Source: Eledone cirrhosa
Lineage: Eukaryota
Direction of reading: 5' to 3'
Assembly: GCA_964016885.1 (NCBI GenBank)
Contig: OZ024756.1
Coordinates: 12,214,001-12,278,000 of the forward strand
DNA length: 64,000 nucleotides
Numbering within the stretch: the first letter of the stretch is position 1; every line of letters begins with the position of its first letter. Below the pieces are notes generated by a model, which made no database searches, had not been told where the DNA came from, and saw only the letters and a list, made by a program, of their open reading frames with translations. The position numbers and the translations under genes are program-made. Positions 12,451 through 26,098 of this stretch are shown piece by piece.

Positions 12451-13302
12451 GTATTGGAGATGCCTGTGTTCAAGTCCGAGAACTTTTCAAAGAATCAGAT
12501 CTACAAGTGCCAGAGTTCAAAATTCCTCCGAAACTTTCTGATTTGCCACCTCCTATTGTTCCTGAAATTCCTAAACTTGAATCCATGCAATCAACCAATC
12601 TGCCTTCATGTTTGAAGTATCCTCCAAACAGTAATGAATTCCACCAACAGCTTGTTGAGACACTTACAAACCAGCAACAACAACAGCAGCAGCAACAGCA
12701 ACAGCAGCAGCAACATCATCAACAGCAACAGCAGCAACAACAACAACATCATCAACAACAACAACAGCAGCAACAACAGTCTGTATTACAAGCAACACAG
12801 GCCATGAATGTGGGAAGTATTCCAGGCATAAGACCCCTGGGTATACCACAGCTTGCCATGAACTCTCTACCCCAGGTGCAGCAAAGTACTGCATCTTTAC
12901 CACCGCCTTCACATGCCTCGCAACAGTTCTCACATCATCTCCAGCAATCACAACAACAGCAAGTGGTTGCACATCAACTGCCACCACCTCCTCATCAACA
13001 ACAGTCACAGATGCAGCACATGCAGCTTCATCCTAATGCACCACCTGGTATATCATGGCCTGCTGTTGTCATCAAGAAGGAGCCCGGTCTGTCTGAGCCA
13101 GTCCGAACGAATGTCGGTAATAACCTTGAGTCTAGTTTCTCAATGCCACAGTCTGAACAACAGTCAAACAACCAGGTCCCATGGCTCGCAGATAATGGTC
13201 AACATCAAAGTCTGTTTACTTTGCAACAACAGCTGCGACCACCAGCACACGAACGTCCTCATTCTAACCCACAGTTTGCTGCCCCTGTCCCTCCATTCCC
13301 AG
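12451..13302 (+). CDS. Host gene exon: (S)IGDACVQVRELFKESDLQVPEFKIPP... polyQ, VVIKKEP motif; phase 1 to 1
   Basis: TTTTTGTTAAG acceptor, 852-nt open frame with mixed CAA/CAG polyQ, CAG|GTTTGT donor. Confidence 0.85.
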
Positions 13303-13665
13303 GTTTGTAGGGTTCTCTTCCTTTTTTTAACCCTTACAAGGTTATTATTGTTATGTTTATTATGTTTCCAGGTGTAGTAGTAATGTGTGTCTTTTATTTT
13401 TTTTTTTTTTTTTTTTTTTTGCCACGTTGATGCGTAACAATGATTTTACTGGGTGATGTTTCTTTTACCACAAGTTGGATACAATTGATATAACTGAAAC
13501 TATTAGACTATGTCAGGGACTTTAAACATATGACACCGGCGTCATTCAGGATAGTGAAGCATGACCAATGTCACTGAATAACTTGCATCTTAATGAGTTA
13601 GAAATTGTTTCACAATCCTTCGCTAGAGTTATGCAATCTAAATAATAAGACAGTAAGCATGCACA

Positions 13666-16600
13666 TACATGTACACCAGGTCCTGAGAAACAGAGGAGCC
13701 AAACTCCCACTGTCATCACCTCCATCTCTCTTGCCCTCCCCATCTTTCTCATGTACACCAGGTCCTGACACAGAGGAGCCAAACTCCCACTGTCATCACC
13801 TCCATCTCTCTTGCCCTCCCCATCTTTCTCATGTACACCAGGTCCTGACACAGAGGAGCCAAACTCCCACTGTCATCACCTCCATCTCTCTCGTCCTCCC
13901 ATCTTTCTCATGTACACCAGGTCCTGACACAGAGGAGCCAAACTCCCACTGTCATCACCTCCATCTCTCTTGCCCTCCCCATCTTTCTCATGTACACCAG
14001 GTCCTGAGAAACAGAGGAGCCAAACTCCCACTGTCATCACCTCCATCTCTCTCGTCCTCCCATCTTTCTCATGTACACCAGGTCCTGACCACAGAGGAAC
14101 CAAACTTCCACCGTCATCACCTCCATCTCTCTCGCCCTCCCCATCTTTCTCATGTACACCAGGTCCTGACACAGAGGAGCCAAACTCCCACTGTCATCAC
14201 CTCCATCTCTCTTGCCCTCCCCATCTTTCTCATGTACACCAGGTCCTGACACAGAGGAGCCAAACTCCCACTGTCATCACGTCCATCTCTCTCGTCCTCC
14301 CATCTTTCTCATGTACACCAGGTCCTGACACAGAGGAGCCAAACTCCCACTGTCATCACCTCCATCTCTCTTGCCCTCCCCATCTTTCTCATGTACACCA
14401 GGTCCTGAGAAACAGAGGAGCCAAACTCCCACTGTCATCACGTCCATCTCTCTCGTCCTCCCATCTTTCTCATGTACACCAGGTCCTGACACAGAGGAGC
14501 CAAACTCCCACTGTCATCACCTCCATCTCTCTTGCCCTCCCCATCTTTCTCATGTACACCAGGTCCTGACACAGAGGAGCCAAACTCCCACTGTCATCAC
14601 CTCCATCTCTCTTTCCCTCCCCATCTTTCTCATGTACACCAGGTCCTGACACAGAGGAGCCAAACTCCCACTGTCATCACCTCCATCTCTCTTGCCCTCC
14701 CCATCTTTCTCATGTACACCAGGTCCTGACACAGAGGAGCCAAACTCCCACTGTCATCACCTCCATCTCTCTTTCCCTCCCCATCTTTCTCATGTACACC
14801 AGGTCCTGACACAGAGGAGCCAAACTCCCACTGTCATCACCTCCATCTCTCTTTCCCTCCCCATCTTTCTCATGTACACTAGGTCCTGACACAGAGGAGC
14901 CAAACTCCCACTGTCATCACCTCCATCTCTCTTTCCCTCCCCATCTTTCTCATGTACACCAGGTCCTGACACAGAGGAGCCAAACTCCCACTGTCATCAC
15001 CTCCATCTCTCTTGCCCTCCCCATCTTTCTCATGTACACCAGGTCCTGACCACAGAGGAGCCAAACTCCCACTGTCATCACGTCCATCTCTCTCGTCCTC
15101 CCATCTTTCTCATGTACACCAGGTCCTGACACAGAGGAGCCAAACTCCCACTGTCATCACCTCCATCTCTCTTGCCCTCCCCATCTTTCTCATGTACACC
15201 AGGTCCTGACACAGAGGAGCCAAACTCCCACTGTCATCACGTCCATCTCTCTCGTCCTCCCATCTTTCTCATGTACACCAGGTCCTGACACAGAGGAGCC
15301 AAACTCCCACTGTCATCACCTCCATCTCTCTTGCCCTCCCCATCTTTCTCATGTACACCAGGTCCTGAGAAACAGAGGAGCCAAACTCCCACTGTCATCA
15401 CCTCCATCTCTCTCGTCCTCCCATCTTTCTCATGTACACCAGGTCCTGACCACAGAGGAACCAAACTTCCACCGTCATCACCTCCATCTCTCTCGCCCTC
15501 CCCATCTTTCTCATGTACACCAGGTCCTGACACAGAGGAGCCAAACTCCCACTGTCATCACCTCCATCTCTCTTGCCCTCCCCATCTTTCTCATGTACAC
15601 CAGGTCCTGACACAGAGGAGCCAAACTCCCACTGTCATCACGTCCATCTCTCTCGTCCTCCCATCTTTCTCATGTACACCAGGTCCTGACACAGAGGAGC
15701 CAAACTCCCACTGTCATCACCTCCATCTCTCTTGCCCTCCCCATCTTTCTCATGTACACCAGGTCCTGAGAAACAGAGGAGCCAAACTCCCACTGTCATC
15801 ACGTCCATCTCTCTCGTCCTCCCATCTTTCTCATGTACACCAGGTCCTGACACAGAGGAGCCAAACTCCCACTGTCATCACCTCCATCTCTCTTGCCCTC
15901 CCCATCTTTCTCATGTACACCAGGTCCTGACACAGAGGAGCCAAACTCCCACTGTCATCACCTCCATCTCTCTTTCCCTCCCCATCTTTCTCATGTACAC
16001 CAGGTCCTGACACAGAGGAGCCAAACTCCCACTGTCATCACCTCCATCTCTCTTGCCCTCCCCATCTTTCTCATGTACACCAGGTCCTGACACAGAGGAG
16101 CCAAACTCCCACTGTCATCACCTCCATCTCTCTTTCCCTCCCCATCTTTCTCATGTACACCAGGTCCTGACACAGAGGAGCCAAACTCCCACTGTCATCA
16201 CCTCCATCTCTCTTTCCCTCCCCATCTTTCTCATGTACACTAGGTCCTGACACAGAGGAGCCAAACTCCCACTGTCATCACCTCCATCTCTCTTTCCCTC
16301 CCCATCTTTCTCATGTACACCAGGTCCTGACACAGAGGAGCCAAACTCCCACTGTCATCACCTCCATCTCTCTTGCCCTCCCCATCTTTCTCATGTACAC
16401 CAGGTCCTGACCACAGAGGAGCCAAACTCCCACTGTCATCACCTCCCTCTCTCTCGCCCTCCCCATCTCTCATGTACACCAGGTCCTGACACAGGGGAGC
16501 CAAACTCCCACTGTCATCACCTCCCTCTCTCTCGCCCTCCCCATCTCTCATGTACACCAGGTCCTGACACAGGGGAGCCAAACTCCCACTGTCATCACCT

Positions 16601-16938
16601 CCATCTCTCTCGCCCTCCCCATTTCTCATGTACACCAGGTCCTGACACAGGGGAGCCAAACTCCCACTGTCATCACCTCCCTCTCTCTCGCCCTCCCCAT
16701 CTCTCATGTACACCAGGTCCTGACACAGAGGAGCCAAACTCCCACTGTCATCGCCTCCATCTCTCTCGCCCTCCCCATCTCTCATGTACACCAGGTCCTG
16801 ACACAGGGGAGCCAAACTCCCACTGTCATCACCTCCCTCTCTCTCACCCTCCCCATTTCTCATGTACACCAGGTCCTGACACAGGGGAGCCAAACTCCCA
16901 CTGTCATCACCTCCCTCTCTCTCGCCCTCCCCATCTTT
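13666..16938. repeat. ~80-bp minisatellite (~41 copies) with a 1361-bp higher-order duplication
   Basis: Unit CATGTACACCAGGTCCTGACACAGAGGAGCCAAACTCCCACTGTCATCACCTCCATCTCTC.... Identical ORFs and the rare TACACTAGG variant recur at a +1361 offset. Confidence 0.95.
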
Positions 16939-16939
16939 T

Positions 16940-17150
16940 ATGAGCAAATGGGATCCACGTGCTGGCCGCCCCACAGCCCCGGCGGACAAAAAGGAGAAGG
17001 CGTTTCCCCAGAGGATTGTAAGAGAGATGCGCTGGAAGAGCCATTCCATCTCGCGAGGCTCATACTTGTGGCTCGCCAGCTCAGCGCCTATGGTGGTAAG
17101 TAGGGAGGTAGCCCTAGGGCCAAGGACACCAGAAGTTTCCTGTTTCTTCA
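16940..17150 (-). mobile_element. Remnant of a CRE-like (RLE-endonuclease) non-LTR retrotransposon C-terminus
   Basis: ETSGVLGPRATSLLTTIGAEL...EPREMEWLFQRISLTILWGNA resembles the ETxGxxG...LxQRxSxAIQRGNA end of CRE-clade ORFs. Confidence 0.7.
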
Positions 17151-17357
17151 ATTGCAAATAGGTGCCCCAACTAAAAAAAAAACAAATAATTTCTGACAGC
17201 TTTGAAGGCCATATTCATTTTTTTTTAAATAGGAAGTAAAAAAATTCCATCTCCAAAGTTACCATAGGAAAAGCTAAAAGTAGAACCTCCACATGGTTCC
17301 TCAACCTGTTGTAAATAGCAGCCAAATTTGCCTCAAATCCAATTCTACCATCTTTAA

Positions 17358-17561
17358 CCCTTTTCTTACCATTTTTCTCACAAAAGACACTACATTTAAT
17401 TTACAAATAATTTTGAAAATAAACAAGAATTTATTAATCTGGTATTAGGAATATACCAAAGTTCTTATATAAAATTTTGATGGAATGTTTTTAGATAAAT
17501 ATAAACACAGTTCAGTATTGTAGAACCAGGAGCAGTTTCAGGCTGTTTGGTATCAAAAGGG
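17358..17561. mobile_element. Second TTAA-flanked piggyBac-type MITE family
   Basis: TTAA|CCCTTTT...AAAAGGG|TTAA; related partial copies near 8857 and 21218. Confidence 0.65.
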
Positions 17562-18114
17562 TTAATCTATCAGCCAGTTTAGCAAAGTCTTGTGAGTGTA
17601 ATTTAGTAGAGCTGAAACTGTATAAGTTTGTCCAAGAAACCATTCTGGCTTTTCAGCAGTACACTTAATCCATCACCTGGTTTAACATCCCACCATCTTT
17701 CTCTTTGGTGCCTTTAGTGGAAATCCTATCTGTTGCACAAGTATTTTGACCAGGTCTCTGGTTTGTGCCTAACATCTTCACACCAGTCTTGGAGACAATG
17801 GTCATCGGAGCTAGCCATAATATTCTAACAAAAAGGCAACAACTCCAATTTGGAGATGGCTGCTTTCTGTTTAGTTTTGGTGGTGTGAGGTGTGTAGCCT
17901 ACCAGTCATGGCCTTGGGTTGGGGGAGGTTATTTTGGTGATGTGAGGGGTGGAGCCAACCAGGCTTGACCGTCGGTTGGGGAGGTGATGTGAGGAGTGGT
18001 GCCAACCAGGCTTGACCATCGGTTGGGGGAGGTTATTTAACCCATAGTTAGGAGGAGTATATGTTTTGATAAATATCCCATGCATGCCTTATGTTAGTAT
18101 AACTACTATTACTC

Positions 18115-18301
18115 GAGGAGTGAATTGGCAGAATCAGTAGAGTGTCAGACAAAATGTTTTGTTTCCAGCTCTGTTGTGAGGTCAACTTTGCCATTCATCC
18201 TTCCATGGCCGACATTATAAAGTACCAGTCAAGTACTGATATAGTCATCTTTCTCTTTCCCCGAAAGCTGTCTGGCCTTTTGCCTAACTTAGAAAGTATA
18301 G

Positions 18302-18362
<61 letters not shown>

Positions 18363-20062
18363 CTACGGTGTCAATAAAATAAAGTACCAGTAATGTACTG
18401 GGTAATTGCTGGCCTTGTGCCTAAAGTAGAAACAATTATTATTATTATTATTAGAAGGGCGGTGGATTGGCAGAATCAGTAGAGCGTTGGACAACATGCT
18501 TAGCAGCATAGAGTTATGGCCCTTTACGTTCTGAGTTCAAATCCCGCCGAGGTTAACTTTGCTGGCCAAAAGTAGCAACATTATTCCGCCATGCTTTGAC
18601 GCATAGAGTTACGGCCCTTGCCATTCTGAGTTCAAATCCCGCTAAGGTTAACTTTGCTGGCCAAAAGTAGCAACATTATTCCGCCATGCTTTGACGCATA
18701 GAGTTACGGCCCTTGCCATTCTGAGTTCAAATCCCGCTAAGGTTAACTTTGCTGGCCAAAAGTAGCAACATTATTCCGCCATGCTTTGACGCATAGAGTT
18801 ACGGCCCTTGCCATTCTGAGTTCAAATCCCGCTAAGGTTAACTTTGCTGGCCAAAAGTAGCAACATTATTCCGCCATGCTTTGACGCATAGAGTTACGGC
18901 CCTTGCCATTCTGTGTTCAAATCCCGCTAAGGTTAACTTTGCTGGCCCAAAAGTAGCAACATTATTCCGCCATGCTTTGACGCATAGAGTTACGGCCCTT
19001 GCCATTCTGAGTTCAAATCCCTCCGAGGTTAACTTTGCCTTTCATCCTTACAGGAGTCGATGAAATAAAGTACCAGTAATACACTGGGATAATTGCTGGC
19101 CTTGTGCCAAAAGTAGAAACAATTATTATATTACGGGGTCGATAAAATAAAGTACCAGTAATGCACTGGGTAATTGCTGGCCTTGTGCCAAAAGTAGAAA
19201 CAATTATTATTATATTACGGGGTCGATAAAATAAAGTACCAGTAATGCACTGGGTAATTGCTGGCCTTGTGCCTAAAGTAGAAACAATTATTATTATATG
19301 TAATACATATATATATATATATAAAAACCTAGCATTTCGAGCCACTATTTCCATATAAAACAGAAGTAACATTCGAACACAAACCAGATGCGAGAAAGAC
19401 CACAAACCTTCCATAGAAACAATTATTATTAGAGCGGTAGGTTGGTAGAGGTGTTAAAGCGTTGGACAAATGCAAAGCAGTTTTTGTTCGGGATTTTTAC
19501 ATTTTGAGTTCAATTTCCACTGAGGTCAACTTTGCCATCCTTTCGTAGTTGATAAAATAAAATACTAGTAAATTACTGGGGCGTCAATATATTTGACTTT
19601 CCCCCCCCTTCTCCTAAATGACTGGCCTTGTGCCTAAATTAGAAACAATTGGTGGATTGGCAGTATCGGTAGAGGGTCGGACGCCATGCTTTCCACCATA
19701 GCTACGTCCCTTTACGATCTGAGTTCAAATCCCGCCGAGGTTGACTTTGCCTTTCATCCTTACGGGGTCGATAAAATAAAAGTACCAGTAATGCACTGGG
19801 TAATTGCTGGCCTTGTGCCAAAAAGTAGAAACAATTATTATTGGTGGATTGACAGTAATCAGTAGAGCTTCAGACAACGTTTTGCAGCATAGAGTTACGT
19901 CCCTTTACGTTCTGAGTTCAAACCCCATCGAGGTTAGCTTTACCTCTCATCCTTACAGGGTCGATAAAATAAAGTACCAGTAATGCACTGGGGTTGATTT
20001 AATCGACTTTCCTCGCTCCCCCTTCAAATTGCTGGCCCTTGTGCCTAAAGTAGAAACAATTA
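18115..20062 (+). mobile_element. Cluster of head-to-tail tRNA/Nin-domain SINEs, one with internal 95-bp tandem amplification
   Basis: A/B boxes and the Nin-like core recur at ~18115, 18457, 19432, 19651 and 19843, separated by (ATT)n tails. Confidence 0.8.
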
Positions 20063-20327
20063 TTATTACTACTATAGGAAGGGCATCCAGCCGTAGAAAA
20101 CCTGCCAGACAGTCCTGAGCAAGACAGCCAATCTTGCCTCAAGTGGGACAATTTCCGTCCAGACCCATGCTAGCGTGGACGATGGACGTTAAACGACGAT
20201 GATGATGATGATGATGATGATTACTTTTTTTTTTATTATTATGTCTGCTTTGCTTTGGTTAAGAGTGGGCCTTTAGTATTCACTTGTGCCACATTACTGA
20301 CCAATAACATCTGTTTATTCCTTCCAG

Positions 20328-20399
20328 GGCTTCGTTTAACAGCAGTTAGGCCTTATAAAAACAGAGTTTTTTTGCCAGAATATGAAAAAAACATTTCAA
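20328..20399 (+). CDS. Candidate 72-nt symmetric cassette exon (GLRLTAVRPYKNRVFLPEYEKNIS)
   Basis: ACTGAC branch-like motif, TTTATTCCTTCCAG acceptor, GTGAGA donor; phase 1-1 and stop-free in the host frame. Confidence 0.55.
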
Positions 20400-20529
20400 G
20401 TGAGAGGTTTTTACCAAATTGTTTCGAATAAACCAACCAAACAAACAAACAAATTATTCTGAGTCTCCCTAAACAAGTTGTCTGACATTACCAGTATTAC
20501 TGTCGTTGTACTTACAATTAAAACTATTA

Positions 20530-21182
20530 TCATTATCACCGTTATCATCATCACCGCCACCATCACCATACACCATCATCACCATAATCACCATCACCAC
20601 CATCACCATAATCACCATCACCATCACCACCACCACCATCATCATCATCACATCACCACCATAATCACCGTCCCCATCATAATCACCATAATCACCATCA
20701 CCACCACCATCATCATCATCATCACATCACCACCATAATCACCGTCACCATCATAATCACCATCATCACCATCACCACCATCATCACCATCACCATAATC
20801 ACCATCACCATCATCACTGTCACCATCACCATAATCACCATGGCCATCACCACCATCACCATAATCACCGTCACCATCATAATCACCATCATCACCATCA
20901 CCATCATCACCATCACCACCATCATCACCATCACCATAATCACCATCACCATCATCACTGTCACCATCACCATAATCACCATGGCCATCACCACCATCAC
21001 CATAATCACCGTCACCATCATAATCACCATCATCACCATCACCATCATCACCATCACCACCATCATCACCATCACCATCACCATCATCACCGTCACCATC
21101 ACCATAATCACCATGGCCATCACCACCATCACCATAATCACCGTCATAATCACCATCATCATCACCATCATCATCATTATTA
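20530..21182. repeat. (CAT/CAC)n low-complexity repeat with internal ~141-bp duplication
   Basis: Direct reading; the ATGGCC variant recurs at 20840, 20981 and 21113. Confidence 0.9.
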
Positions 21183-21634
21183 TAATTAATAGCTTGATTC
21201 AAAAGACACATATTTAACCCCTTCATTATCATAAATCAAATATAAAAACACTGCCTCTGATTTTCCAATAAGTTTGAAAATAACCAAGAATTTGGAGGGA
21301 TTTAGTAATATAACTTTCTCATTTTAATCTGGTGCCAGTATCAGCAGATCATTGGCCAAAATGCTTTGCTGAATGTAGTTAAGAATTTCTACGTTTTGAG
21401 TTCAAATCCTGTTACGGTCAAGTTTTCTTTTCATCCTTCCGGAATTGATAAAATAAAGTACTACCAGTTGAAATAATTGATTTTGCCCTTACCTTCAAAT
21501 TTGCTGGCCTTGTGCTTTAATTAAAAATTATCATTAAGCTGGTGTTTTAAAATAAAATACTGAGGTCAATTTAAATTAAATTTCCCTGTACTCCAAATTG
21601 CTCGCCTTCTGCCTAAATTGGAAACCATTATTAA

Positions 21635-21855
21635 CCGTTTAGCCTTTAAACTGGCCGTATCCGGCTAGAATTCTCTCACCCCTTTATGTTCAAACCGGCT
21701 GAAACTGGCTGCTCATATCTACATTAAGGTATTATTTCCAAAATATATAACATCAAAATCTCATAGATTCGATATTATGTGAGATGATTATGTAAGATAA
21801 AGCCTTTACTGTGAAAAAACAATAGTAAAAATAGAGTAATGTAAATGGTAAAGGG
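21635..21855 (+). mobile_element. piggyBac-type MITE
   Basis: TTAA|CCGTTTAG...TAAAGGG|TTAA. Confidence 0.75.
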
Positions 21856-22188
21856 TTAAGCTGTGGTTTAGAACTTCACAACAGTTCTTACATAAAATTA
21901 TGGTAGAAGGCTTATAGATAAATAAAAGCATCCTTCTAGGGTTGATAATATAAAATAAAAAGTACCGGTCAAGTACTGGAGTTATTTAATCAACTTTCCC
22001 CTTTCCCCCCAAATTGACTGGTCTTGTGTCTATATTAAAAATCATTATATAGTAATGGAAACTTGGAAGATAAATAGGAGTATCCTACATTTATAAATAA
22101 AGAGTACCAGCAGGATTTAAACTATCTTGTTTAACTCTTAATATTTTGTAATGATTCAGCTGAATAGTTCTAAAAACAGGCTTGTTAA

Positions 22189-22470
22189 CCCTTTAATGTT
22201 CAAACCAGCCAGAATTCTCTACCTTTTTCTGTTGAAACTGGCTGTAACTGGTCACTCAAACTTATGTTAAGGTATTGTTCTCAAAATAAATACTTTCAAA
22301 ATCTCATAGATTCGATATTATGTGAGATAATTATGCGAGGTAAAGCCTTTACTATGAAAATATAATAGTATATATAGAGTAATGTGAATGTTATGTGAGA
22401 TATTATGTGAGGTAAAGCCTTTACCATGAAAATATAATAGTATATATAGAGTAATGTGAATGCTAAAGGG
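22189..22470 (+). mobile_element. piggyBac-type MITE
   Basis: TTAA|CCCTTTA...TAAAGGG|TTAA, with two copies of the internal ~60-72-bp unit. Confidence 0.8.
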
Positions 22471-23125
22471 TTAAATCAAAATGTGTATAGTATCTTTACT
22501 AGTAGACAGATTGTTGTGAATATTTGCAGAAGTAAAGACATTATGCATTGTGCTGTTCTGAACTTTTCAAAAATATCTTGCTAACTCTAACCATTGGAGT
22601 AGTGTTGATATAGGCTGCTGAAATTACATCATCTGTTGATACACACACAAAGTATTTCCATTAAAACTTTATACTTACAAACATTTCATGAAATATAAGC
22701 TACGATAATTTCATCCTAACCCTATTAAATAGAACCAATCCAATGAATTTTATCAATTGAGAAGTAAAGTAAAATTTTATTGTGAACAGCAATATTCTGT
22801 AAATTTACTCTGTGCTGGAGTTTAATGTTGTTTTCTCTGCTATTACAGTATAAATCTATTGCCACTTTCTTAACCTCATTTCCTCTTACTCTTTCTACAA
22901 CACTTTATTGTTTTTATATAGCTTTTTCTCACATCCTTGAAATTCTAAAGTGAATATATGCCTACATGTGTTCTGTGTATGTGTTGTGTTTGCTACTGTG
23001 ATGTTTAGTGTTTGAGTTGTTGTTTGGTGTGTGTTGTGTTGTGTATGTTATGTCTGCGTTGTGTATGTGTGTAAACATGATTTCAAGCAGTTAATATACA
23101 AATATATCTCTAACCTTTTATTTAG

Positions 23126-24139
23126 GTGCTGTCCAAATAAAGCGAGAGCCGACAGATTTCTCCTGTTCCACAAATCAAGGTAACTCCGGGCCTCTCGGCA
23201 GCCTTGCTGCATTAACGGCCCAAGTGAGTTCAAGCCAAACATCTTCGATGAATACTCCAACATATCTTCCAACCTCTCAGGCCATCCAAACGTATCCACC
23301 GGCCACTGTCGTTGCACCCCCACCCATCAAATTGGAGCGTATGTCCCCAGGTAACGGCCCTTTTAGCTGCATGCAGCCAGGAGGTCCACCGTCCCAGGCC
23401 CAGTTACAGTCAGTGGCACTCCATGGTAACCGTAGTGACTGTCGTTATCCTGGAACTAACACGATGGGGAGTCTGAACATGTATGCTCAAATAACAGGTG
23501 CACAACAGCATGCTGCCAACAGGGGGGAGTTCTTTAGAGAGATAGACAACCTGCAGGCTGCCCAGGCACAAGCTGCCCAGGCACAAGCTGCTCAGGCACA
23601 AGCTGCACACCAGAGGACATCCCCATTTCGAAAAACTGGCAGCAACCCACTGAAAAACCTTGCCCTCATGACCAAATCGTCACCCCCGTTGTTTGTAGCC
23701 CCACAGCCACACCCTGCTGCCGTACAGATCAAACAAGAACCCGTCGATTCATTAATCGGGACCTCTGCTGTTGTTACGGCAGCAGTACAGCGAAATCAAG
23801 GGTCTCACGTGATGAACCCTGAACTGTTTGCTCCCCAGGCCACAGGCTTGCCGCGAGGATCAATACCAGGTGGAGCTTTCCCTCCCACTGGCAGCGTCAG
23901 TCCTGCCACATTACAGCAACAGATGACACATTCCCAAATATCATCACACCAACAACAGCAACAACAAATTCAGCTGCAACTACAGCAGCAGCACCTCCAA
24001 CAGCAGCATCACATTCAACAGCAGCTGCAACATCAGCAACTGCAACACCAACAGCTACAACAACAGCATCAACATCTACAGCAGCAACTGGAGAGTCGGC
24101 GGATACGAAGACCATCAAGTGCTGAGAGGAGACAGTATT
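23126..24139 (+). CDS. Host gene exon: (G)AVQIKREP...VQIKQEP...Q/H-rich...RRPSSAERRQY; phase 1 to 1
   Basis: CTAAC branch plus CTTTTATTTAG acceptor, 1014-nt open frame, T|GTAAGT consensus donor. Confidence 0.87.
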
Positions 24140-24185
24140 GTAAGTATATTGTGGTTTATGACAATAATAAGTACACGGGGGAATG

Positions 24186-24790
24186 AGGTTGGTGTTGAGA
24201 AGGGCATCCAGCTGTAGAAATCAAGCCAGAATCAGTTCCCGTATGAGCAAAACATGTTCACCTAACGTGGCACTGCCCACAAGGGCAGGCGAGCATTTTA
24301 CCACTGAACCACCGAATGGAAATAATGAGCAGGAGTGGTAACAGTACGCACACCTCGTGGTGTCAGACTCGCACATTGAATGGTTTCGATTTTGAACTAT
24401 TTATCCGAACACAAATTCTTGGGCATTCGCATAAAGACATCAGGGGTAGCAAGAAACTGACCACCGATGCCATACTCCTGTAGAACCTTCCACAGCAGGT
24501 CCCAAGGAACATTGCCCACAACAGGACAACCTGTCTAACCCATGCTAGTGTGGAAGAATGGACATAAAACGGTGATGATGATGATGATGATGATGGAGTG
24601 CAGTGGGAATGAGAAAGAAATACACACAATGACAGATCATCATCATCATCGTTTAATGTCCATTTTTCCACGCTAACATAGATTAGATGAGTTGTCCGAG
24701 GCAAGTCAGGTCAGATGACTATGTCTTGCTTGGTTTCTACGGCTGGATGCCCTTCCTAATGTCAATCACATTTACAGTGTGTACTGGGCA
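24186..24790. mobile_element. Two tail-to-tail RTE 3'-end fragments/SINE tails
   Basis: GAAGGGCATCCAGCTGTAGAAA...(GAT)n on + (24186-24594) and the reverse complement at 24637-24790. Confidence 0.65.
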
Positions 24791-24810
24791 CCCTATTTTT
24801 ATTAGAATAA

Positions 24811-25286
24811 CTAGCAGAAAAACCACCCTTCGGATGGTTTTCTGCTACCATGTGTAGTGTGTATATTGATATTACACATAAATATATATGCATGTAAATA
24901 AAACTGTAATTGACAATATACACAGAGATTGAACGAAGACTGTGTTACACTGTCTTCTGTAATCAGTAACGTAATCCATGATACATTTTAAAAAAGACGA
25001 TATTATATATAAACTGCATTAGGAGAAAATTAGCGACGGAAATATATGCGATTATAAGTGTTATAATATAACGGCCGTTAACCGGAAGTGATATTTGACA
25101 ATTTTAAAGAAGTGAATCTTTAAATAAGCTATAAAATATATTTAATCAACAGCCACGAAATTTAGTAGATAAATTATGTAATATTGATTCATTATTTATT
25201 CAAAGTAATCCAACTTATTTTACAAACGGGGTAAAAAAATATATTCTGGACGCAGTCCCACACTCCTTTCTTTATTATAGTTAAGA
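24811..25286 (-). mobile_element. Non-autonomous Helitron
   Basis: On the minus strand: A|TCTTAACTATAATAA...subterminal hairpin (AACCATCC GAA GGGTGGTT)...CTAG|T, inserted between A and T with no TSD. The same 3' terminus occurs at 34764. Confidence 0.7.
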
Positions 25287-25890
25287 TAATAATAACAACA
25301 ATCTCTAATAATAGGTACACTGGGAATGATGAAAAGAAAAACACAGAGACAGATCCATAATCAAACCCCCAAGACTTATAAATATATACAACATACAGAA
25401 AATAGTGTTACTAGGCACTGTACACATATTACAAAGTACTTTCACTACAATAGAAATAAGATCACCAAACACAACACTGCATATATCGAAGGCTTACACA
25501 GCTCTGCTGAGTAATGCAACAGAAATAAGAGTAATAAAAATAGTAGTAGCAGTACAAACAATTCTGTTAGCTTTAATTATTATTATTTAATAGGAACCTC
25601 TTAAATAGACACATGGCCTCAGATCTATGAGCCACTAAATAGGATGTTGTAGCATTCATGCCTTTCATATCAGAAAGTTAGACATGATTCCAAAGGCTAC
25701 AAATAAAGTAGCAGTCACATACTATTTATATTCCTGTAAGACAGGAGTAAGATGTGGAGTATTGATTTCAACTAAATATAACAAATATGGGGAGTTAACA
25801 TATACCAGTCCCTACTCTAGAGAAGGGAGAGAGAGTTAACATATACCAGTCCCTACTCTAGAGAAGGGAGAGAGAGTTATAGCTAATTAG

Positions 25891-26098
25891 CCCTTTAGCA
25901 TTTAAACCGGCCATATCCAACCAGAATTCTCTCACCTCTTTCTGTTCAAACTGGCTGTAACTGGCCACTCATACTAATATTAAGGTATTATTCTCAAAAT
26001 GAATAACATCAAAATCTTGTTGATTTGATATTATGTGAGATAAAGCCTTTACCACAAAAATACAATAGTATATAGAGAGTAATGTAAATGGTAAAGGG
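25891..26098 (+). mobile_element. piggyBac-type MITE
   Basis: TTAG|CCCTTTAG...TAAAGGG|TTAA. Confidence 0.75.

Noticed and set aside
16240-17157. 305-aa ORF with DGEGEREGGDDSGS repeats
   Set aside because: Chance read-through from a CRE-like fragment into 78-bp repeat units.
20648-21232. Gly/Asp-rich and poly-His ORFs
   Set aside because: Trinucleotide low-complexity repeat with no splice signals.
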